From NCBI GenBank assembly GCA_964629925.1, contig CAZVSQ010000001.1:6610-70609 (forward strand): a stretch of DNA of 64,000 nt, in the 5' to 3' direction. Shown here in pieces: positions 56,554 to 64,000 of the stretch (its first letter is position 1; each line of letters opens with the position of its first letter). The notes under the pieces were generated by a model. That model did no database searches, was not told the DNA's origin, and worked only from the letters and a program-made list of their open reading frames with translations. The position numbers and the translations under genes are program-made. This DNA comes from an uncultured Ruminococcus sp. (GTDB lineage Bacteria > Bacillota > Clostridia > Oscillospirales > Acutalibacteraceae).

Positions 56554-59500
56554 ATGCCAAATAAGTTATACGATAAAAATAGCATACAAAGCCTTTCACC
56601 ACTCGAATTTACCAGACTTCGACCTGGTGTCTACTGCGGCAGTACAGAATATTCAACTCAATTAGTAATAGAAGTTGTTTCTAATGCTATTGATGAATTT
56701 AAAGCAGGGCATGGAAATCTTATTGAGGTAAGAATTGATACAATAGGCGATATTAGCTATATGGTTCGAGATTATGGACAAGGTTTTCTTGTCAATTCAT
56801 TAAGAGAAGATGGAAAAACAGTTCTTCAGGCGGCTTTTGATACGCTTAATACATCAGGTAAATTTTCTGATGATGGTGTATATGAAGGAACTGCACTTGG
56901 TTTAAATGGTATTGGTAGATAATTACTGCCTGTTATGCCCTTTCCTGCTCATCACAGGGGTACATATTATTAAATTTTATAATATGTGCTAACGGGGAAG
57001 CCTAAAAATTTTTAAAAATTCATGGTAATCCCGTGGCAAGATTGTTTAATCTTATTGGAAGATTTTTCATATAAAATATAAAGATAGAAAGCAGGTATTT
57101 TTATATGAAAAAACTAAAATTAGAAACTCTCTCAGATAAAATCTATATCTATTCTGGTGTTTATATGATTATATTTCCAAATAATAAAAAATATATTGGA
57201 ATTAGTAATAATATAAGACGAAGAATGAATTAGCACAATATAGATTTTAGGAATAATTTACCTATTGAAAATGCTATTCAAAAATATGGTAAAATAACAG
57301 AATTTATTTTACTTGAAGAAATAAAGCCAGAAAATAGGCAAGAGATGAGAGAAAAAGAAAAATTTTGGATTAGTAAATATCATAGTAATAACAAAAATTT
57401 TGGATATAATGTTTCTGAAGGTGGGGATGGAGCCGATTTAGGTAGCAACAATCCTCAAGCTAAATTTAATGAAGAAGAAATTCAAAAAATTTATCAAGAT
57501 TTAAAAAACAACAAAAAAACAATGACAGATTTAGCTAAATAGTATAATATTAGTTTAGGTGTATTATCTCTTATTAATAATGGAAAAACTTATTTTCATT
57601 CTAATGAAATTTATCCTATTAGAAATGGTTTTAAAAAAATTAAGAAAGGAATATAGAATCGTAATTCAAAATTTACAGAAAAAGATTTAAATGAAATTTT
57701 TTCTTTATTAAAAGAAAATAAAATTTCAATGAAATAGATTGCAAATAAGTTTAAAGTAGCCGAATCTACTATTCATAATATTAATAAAGGAAAAACCTAC
57801 TATAAATAGACAGAGCATTATCCATTAAGGATATCTAAGACTGGAAGTAGACAATTAACATATAAACAAGTTTTAGATATTATAATAAAAATAAAAAATA
57901 ACCCATAGAAAAGTTTAGCTCAAATTGGAAGAGAGCTAAATATTAATTCAAAAACTATTAGTAATATAAATAGAGGGGTTATTTATAAAAATCCAAATGA
58001 AAAATATCCAATAAGAAAACGATAAGCTGTATCGACTATCCTCGAATCGGGGGAGTAGGGTTGCTATTGATACGCAATTCGAAATGGGTATTCTTATTAT
58101 TTGTATAATAAGTAAGATATAGTCAGGGCTACTGGAAACAGTAGAATAACCGTGTAAACTTGTAAACTTCTTATCTCATAAAATGGAAGTTGAAACTTTC
58201 AGAGATGGAATGACAGAAAGCATCTTTTTTGAAGAAGGTGTTTTTGTTAATAGAAAAATTGACAAAAGCAAAGAACCTTCTGGTACATATGTAAGATGGC
58301 AGCCATCAGAAGAATTTTTTACACATCAAAATGCAGACTTTAATAAATTAAAAGAATTATTTCATATTCTTGTATGTTTATGTCCTGGCTTAACTATTGA
58401 ATTAACAATAGACAATAAAAAAGAAACATTTTCATCAAAAAATGGACTTAATGATTTAGTTGATGATGCAGTAAGTGACACTGAAATTATAAATTCTCGT
58501 ATGAATATGAATTTTGATGCAGGGAAAAATAAACTTAATATGGTTCTTACCTATACATCAAAATATTCATTAAATATGATTTCTTATGTTAATACAGGTG
58601 AAACTGACTCAGGTCCGCACATTACTCAAATTAAAACCATCATAACCAGAGAATTTAATAGGTTTTTTAAAGAGAAAAAATGGTTAAAAGAAAAAGATGA
58701 AAATTTAGGCGGCGATGATATTCAAGAAGGAATGTTTATTGCATTTAATTTAACTGCCCCTGGTATATCATATGATGCGCAGACAAAATCAAGAATTGTA
58801 AAAATTGATATGTCACCCTTCACTTCTGCTATTGCAACGGCTTTAAGAGAATGGTTTGAATCAAACGAAAAAGATATTAAACTTATTTTTGAAAAAGCAA
58901 CCGCCGCACGAAAAGCAAGAGATGCCGCAAAAAAGGCAAGAGAAGCTGCAAGAAAGATTTTGCCAAAGGATAAAAAACATCTAATGTTAAATATGCCAAC
59001 AAAATTAGTTGATTGCTGGGGCAAAGATAGAACAAAATGTGAATTACTAATATCAGAAGGGGATTCTGCAGCAAGTGGATTGGTTGAAGCCAGAAATTCA
59101 GAAATTCATGCAATTTTTCCAATACGAGGAAAAATTATTGCAGCCTATAAAAATAACCTTGATAAAGTGTTGGCAAATCAAGAAGTAATTAATATTATAA
59201 GAGCAATTGGATTAGAGTTAAATTCAAAAACAGGAAAATTAACATATGATATTAAAAAATTAAGATATGGTAAGATTTTACTTTGTGCAGACGCTGATCC
59301 AGATGGGGCAAGCATTAGAAATCTTCTTATTGAATTATTTTGGTGGCTCTGTCCCGAATTGATTTTAAATGGTCATTTATATACAACAATGCCTCCTCTA
59401 TTCAGGGTCACAACGAAAAAAAATGAATATATTTATTTAAAAGATGAAAATGCCTTACAAGAATATAAAATGCAACATCAAGGAGAAAAATTTCAAATAA

Positions 59501-59703
59501 ATAGAAATAAAGGACTTGGAGAACAAGATTCCGATGAATTGGCAGAAGCGTTATTAAATGAAACAACTCGAAATGTATTACAATTAATTGTAGAGAATAA
59601 AGAGCAAACAAAAAAACTAATTGAAACATTAATGGGTCCAAACGTACCCCCTCGAAGAGAATTTTTATTACGTCATGAGGAGGAAGCTAATGACTCGGAT
59701 TAA
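56554..59703 (+). CDS. gyrB: type IIA topoisomerase/gyrase subunit B, two exons (56554-56916, 58153-59703)
   Basis: EVVSNAIDE, GLNGIG|CKLVNFLS, EGDSA, DADPDG, RNKGLGE. Confidence 0.9.
56917..58152 (+). mobile_element. group I intron in gyrB
   Basis: U at the 5' exon end, terminal G; GGTAATCCCGTG and GACTAT...GATATAGTC core. Confidence 0.9.
57105..58025 (+). CDS. intron-encoded GIY-YIG endonuclease with HTH repeats (several TAG)
   Basis: SGVYMI...KYIG, RRMN*H, GYN...GG, repeated IS.IN.GKTY. Confidence 0.85.
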
Positions 59704-60430
59704 AAATAGATAGGGAATATTATCAACAGGCGTAAAAGTAATCTCTTACAATAAACCACAATCATTATCAAAAAATGAAGCATATTGGGACTGTTAGTGC
59801 CCAATATGCAAAAATATTTGGACAGTTCGAGGTAGTAGATTAAATGAACCAAATCCAATTTCCATGTGTAAACAATGTAGCTCCTTAAAAAATTTAAAAA
59901 AAATAAAATCTCCTTATTCAAAAGATATTACAGGTTTACGTTTTGGAAAATTAACTGCAATTGAAAAAACTAATAAAAAAGGTTGTCATACATATATTTG
60001 GAAATGTAAATGTGATTGTGGACAATTTTGTGAAAAAGAATTAGCATATCTATTAAATGGAGATGTTAAAAGTTGTGGATGTAACACAAATTCTTATGGA
60101 GAAGAAAAAATTATAACTTTTTTAAGAAAAAATAATATTCCTTTTGAAAAAGAAAAAATATTATTTAAACAATATAGATTTGATTTTTTTGTAAAAAAAT
60201 AGTATATTATATAGTACGATGGAAAACAACATTTTAAAAAAAGTCAATGGGAATCATTAAAAGAAATTAGAGAACGAGATTTAATAAAAAATCAATACTG
60301 TTTTGATAATAATATTCCTTTAATTCGTATCCCATATAATAAAGATTTTTTATTTTAGGATTTGATTCCACTAACAAGTCATTTTATTTTAACAAAGGAG
60401 AATGAAAATGAATACTATTCTATTGGATAA
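59690..60430 (+). CDS. free-standing homing endonuclease between gyrB and gyrA (5 TAG)
   Basis: FGKLTAIE, CKCDCG, II*YDGKQH, RIPY. Confidence 0.8.
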
Positions 60431-62753
60431 AGAAATATCTCAAAATTTTATTGATTTTTCTCATGAGGCCAATTGTCAACGCGCTTTTGCAGACGCAAGA
60501 GATGGATTAAAACCTGGTCAACGAGCTTGCTTATGGGAAATGTTTGTTAAAGGATATACCAGTTCTAAACCCCATGTAAAATCAGCAAAAATTTCAGGAG
60601 GAACAATTGCTTCATGGTGGCCGCATGGAGACACAGCAATATACGACACTTTTGCAAGAATGTCTCAGTCTTGGATAAATAATTTACCAGAAGTAGATTG
60701 GCATGGGGCAAATGGTTCTATTCAAATTAGTGGAGAACCTGCAGCAAGCAGGTATACCGAAGCAAGATTATCAAAAATTACAGAAGAAGGAATTTTATAT
60801 AATATTAAAAAACATAATGTTCCTATGAAACTAAATTTTTCCGAAGATGATGAATGGCCGGAAGTTTTTCCCGCAATCATTCCAAGATTAATGATAAATG
60901 GGTGTCAAGGTATTGGCTCTACAATTGCCAACACATGGTTACCACATAATTTAAATGAATTAACAAATATTATTGTAAAATATATTAATGATAATGAAAT
61001 TGATTATAATAATATCGCTCCTTCTTTTCCTTCTGGTGGAATTATTATAAATAAAAAAGATCTTCCTATAATATATAAAACAGGAAAAGGAAAAGTCATT
61101 TTAAGGGCAAAAATACATATTGAATCAAATATAATAAAAATTACAGAAATTCCTTATCAAGTTTATGTTGAACCTTTAATAGAACAAATTAAAGAACTTA
61201 TAAAAAAAGATGAAATAATTGGAATAATAAATATTACAAATAAAAGCGACAAAAAACATTTATTAATTGAAATTGAATGTGAAAATAATCCTTCTTCTGT
61301 CATTAATCAGCTTTATAAAAAAACAAATTTACAAAAAAATTATAATGCCAATCAATATGCTTTAGTCGGGAAAACCCCACAGCTTTTAAATTTAAAAGAT
61401 TATCTTGACATATATATAGAGCATAATTTATTGTGCATAAAAAAAGAAAATGAATATGAAATAAATAAAGCAAAAAAACGATTAGAAATTGTTTTGGGAT
61501 TAATTAAGGCATTAGAAGATATAGACAATATTATTAATTTAATTAAGAAAAGTAATAGTGTACAAGATGCTATTCAACAACTGATAATAAAATATAACTT
61601 TACTGAAAATCAATCAAAAGCAATTGTTGAAATGAAACTTGGAAAATTAGCAAAATTAGAAAAAATAGAGCTAAATAAAGAAAAAGAATCTTTAACTTCT
61701 ACTATTGAAAGTTGTAATAATATTATTCAAAACATTTCTATTCAAAAAGAAATATTTTTAGACCGTCTTCAAAAAATTAATAAAAAATATGGTGATGCCC
61801 GCAGAACTGAACTTACTCAAATTGATATAAAGCCAGAAGAAAAAATCATTGAAGAAGTTATTCCTGAAGATGTAGTAGTTATTCTTTCTCAAACTGGAGA
61901 TATTAAAAGAGTTCCTGTAAGTAGCTTTAAGGTTCAAAGAAAAAATGGAAAAGGCGTAAAAACAAAAGATGATGCTATATTATCTACAATATCAACTAAT
62001 ACTATTGATAATCTTTTACTTTTTTCTCGTAAAGGAAAAATGTTTAAGATGATAGTTGATGATGTTCCTGTTGGAACAAATTCATCAAAAGGTATTAATG
62101 TTAATACTCTTATAAAAATAGACGCAGATGATGAAATCATTGCAATAACATCTCTTGCAAGAAGCTCAACTGCAAAATATGTAGTATTCTTTACAAAAAA
62201 TGGTTTAATGAAAAAAACATTACTTGAAGAATATACAAAAGTAAAAAGAGGAACAGGAATTGCGGCAATCAAAATAAATGAAGGAGATTCAATAGTAAAT
62301 GTTGAATTTTTAAATGAAGAACAAATTCTTGTTATCACTAAAAAAGGTATGGCAATTCGTTTTGAGTCTAAACTTGTTAATTCTATTGGAAGAATTGCGG
62401 CAGGTGTAAAAACTATTAAACTTGATGATGGTGACGAACTTATCGCAGGATTGCCAATTACTTCTGAAACAGATGAAGTTGGAATTATCTCAACTAAAGG
62501 ATATGGAAAGAAAACTTCAATTAAAGAGTTTGCTATCCAAGGCAGAGCAGGAAAAGGCATTGTTATTTATAAACCTACAATGGTTTATGGAGAAATCGCA
62601 ATAGCTACAATTATAAAGCCTACTGATAATATTTTATTAATCGGTAAACCTAATTCTATATGCATTTCTGCCACAGAACTTCCTTTATTAAGTAGAACAA
62701 GTTTTGGTAATATAATGATAAAATCAAATATTCAATCGGGGGTAAAGTTTTAA
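60402..62753 (+). CDS. gyrA: type IIA topoisomerase/gyrase subunit A
   Basis: DGLKPGQR, PHGD, AASRYTEARL, GyrA-box-like QRKNGKG and beta-pinwheel repeats. Confidence 0.93.
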   Translation: MKMNTILLDKEISQNFIDFSHEANCQRAFADARDGLKPGQRACLWEMFVKGYTSSKPHVKSAKISGGTIASWWPHGDTAIYDTFARMSQSWINNLPEVDWHGANGSIQISGEPAASRYTEARLSKITEEGILYNIKKHNVPMKLNFSEDDEWPEVFPAIIPRLMINGCQGIGSTIANTWLPHNLNELTNIIVKYINDNEIDYNNIAPSFPSGGIIINKKDLPIIYKTGKGKVILRAKIHIESNIIKITEIPYQVYVEPLIEQIKELIKKDEIIGIINITNKSDKKHLLIEIECENNPSSVINQLYKKTNLQKNYNANQYALVGKTPQLLNLKDYLDIYIEHNLLCIKKENEYEINKAKKRLEIVLGLIKALEDIDNIINLIKKSNSVQDAIQQLIIKYNFTENQSKAIVEMKLGKLAKLEKIELNKEKESLTSTIESCNNIIQNISIQKEIFLDRLQKINKKYGDARRTELTQIDIKPEEKIIEEVIPEDVVVILSQTGDIKRVPVSSFKVQRKNGKGVKTKDDAILSTISTNTIDNLLLFSRKGKMFKMIVDDVPVGTNSSKGINVNTLIKIDADDEIIAITSLARSSTAKYVVFFTKNGLMKKTLLEEYTKVKRGTGIAAIKINEGDSIVNVEFLNEEQILVITKKGMAIRFESKLVNSIGRIAAGVKTIKLDDGDELIAGLPITSETDEVGIISTKGYGKKTSIKEFAIQGRAGKGIVIYKPTMVYGEIAIATIIKPTDNILLIGKPNSICISATELPLLSRTSFGNIMIKSNIQSGVKF

Positions 62754-62764
62754 TATCAAAAATA

Positions 62765-62854
62765 TTATATTGTTCTACCTGTCAAAAAGAAGTTTTATAT
62801 TGTTCTACCTGTCAAAAAGAAGTTTTATATTGTCCTACCTGTCAAAAAGAAGTT
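62765..62854 (+). repeat. three tandem 30-nt repeats encoding LYC(S/P)TCQKEV
   Basis: TTATATTGTTCTACCTGTCAAAAAGAAGTT x3, one mismatch. Confidence 0.9.
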
Positions 62855-63127
62855 CATTTCCATTTTGATGAATGGGGCCGTACTCCTTGGCATTTACATT
62901 GCGAAAATTGCAATATAAATATAGGAATGAATTCTTTAAAAAAGGCAGAAGAACTTTTATCAAAATATCATACCCCAATACTTGGGTTGAATATTATGGA
63001 AATGCAGTTCAAATTCTTAATGTAGATGGTAAATATATAATAAATAACACAGAGGCTTAAATGCCTCTGTTTGTTTTTTATAAAAATTTTTGTTATAATA
63101 ATATTATAAAAAAAGGAGAATTAAAGT

Positions 63128-64000
63128 ATGGAAAATCGTAAATATAAATGGGAATATTAGGCAACTAAAGAAAAATAGGATGCTTATGAAGATTTAATTA
63201 AAAATTATTAGATTCCAAATCCACAAGAATTTATTTTATTACCTTAGCAAGAACAAGAGAATATAGTAAAAAATTTTATTAAAGAAATTAGGAAAATTAA
63301 TATTTTTCCTATTTTTTATTATAATAAAGAAGGAATAAAAAAAGAAATTTTATCTGTTATAAATAAAAATGATGTTTATTTTGATTAGAATGACAATTTA
63401 ACTACTCAAGCGACTCAAGGATCCGCTTTACTGGATTTTTTATTTCCAAATTTACATCATATTACAGCAGGACATAAAAGTAATACATCTATTTATGATA
63501 CTTTCTATGATGATGAAAAGTTATTTAAATGTTTATTAGATTATTTTAAAAATAGAAAATTATATACATTAAAGACCGCATTTTTTTCACGAGGTAAATA
63601 TATGTGGAATACAGGGACTAATTTCTTACCAATTAGGGCGAAAGCAATTTATGAAAGATTTTGTCCTAAAAATGGAATTATTTATGATTATAGTTCGGGA
63701 TTTGGCGGTAGAATGTTAGGAGCATTGTCTTCTAATAATAATTATAAATATATTGCAGTATAGCCAAATTCAGATACTTATTATAATTTATTACAATTAG
63801 GTCAAATAATTGAAGGGATAACTAATCGAACAGGTTCTTTTTAGATATATAAATAGGGGTCAGAAAATTTTATTCCAAAAGAAAAAATAGATTTTGCGTT
63901 TTCGTGTCCTCCTTTTTTTGACTTATAGAGGTATAGTGATGAACCAACTCAATCTATTGTTAAATTCCCTTAGTATGAAGATTGGCTTGAATATTATGTC
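63128..64000 (+). CDS. SAM-dependent amino-type DNA methyltransferase (partial, many TAG)
   Basis: IYDYSSGFGGRMLG, IAV*PN, FSCPPFFDL*RYS. Confidence 0.8.

Noticed and set aside
1565-62560. Antisense ORFs such as 1565-2131, 4600-5298, 58722-59024 and 61934-62560
   Set aside because: They lie opposite well-supported genes and carry no recognisable motifs.
62765-62854. CRISPR array
   Set aside because: The repeats are directly adjacent with no spacers, and they are in-frame coding.
35299-64000. Standard phage code 15 (TAG = Gln)
   Set aside because: It would replace the catalytic or invariant Glu in HExxH, GH25 DxE, IEYDG and DDEADA; in-window paralogs have Glu at the TAG sites; the suppressor tRNA has a Glu-type body.

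Overview
A 64 kb AT-rich segment of a large tailed phage, most likely infecting a Firmicute (Clostridia-like). In order it holds: small early genes behind about 20 copies of one sigmaA-type promoter; a sigma70 gene; a large tRNA and ncRNA region (about 26 tRNA or tRNA-like genes); tail and baseplate genes; an intron-split tape measure gene of about 3,090 aa; an RNA repair cluster (RNA ligase, kinase, phosphoesterase); holin and endolysin; RNase H; an intron-split gyrB; gyrA; and a methyltransferase. Main result: TAG is not a stop codon here, and it appears to encode GLUTAMATE rather than the glutamine of phage code 15. In-frame TAGs fall on catalytic or invariant Glu positions (HExxH, GH25 DxE, RuvC DDEADA, IEYDG, methyltransferase motifs) and align with Glu in paralogs inside the window. 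A tRNA with a CUA anticodon and a tRNA-Glu-type body lies at 5472-5546. Other notable features: six closed-stem 'CAGCAA' ncRNAs, several enclosing anticodon-loop mimics, near a Ro60/TROVE-like gene; a tRNA-Asp whose intron folds as a second tRNA; a tRNA-Arg interrupted by an endonuclease ORF with no ribozyme core; a candidate late promoter with fixed spacing; and an orphan DGR-like variable region. CDS coordinates assume TAG read-through. All calls were made by eye, with no database searches.
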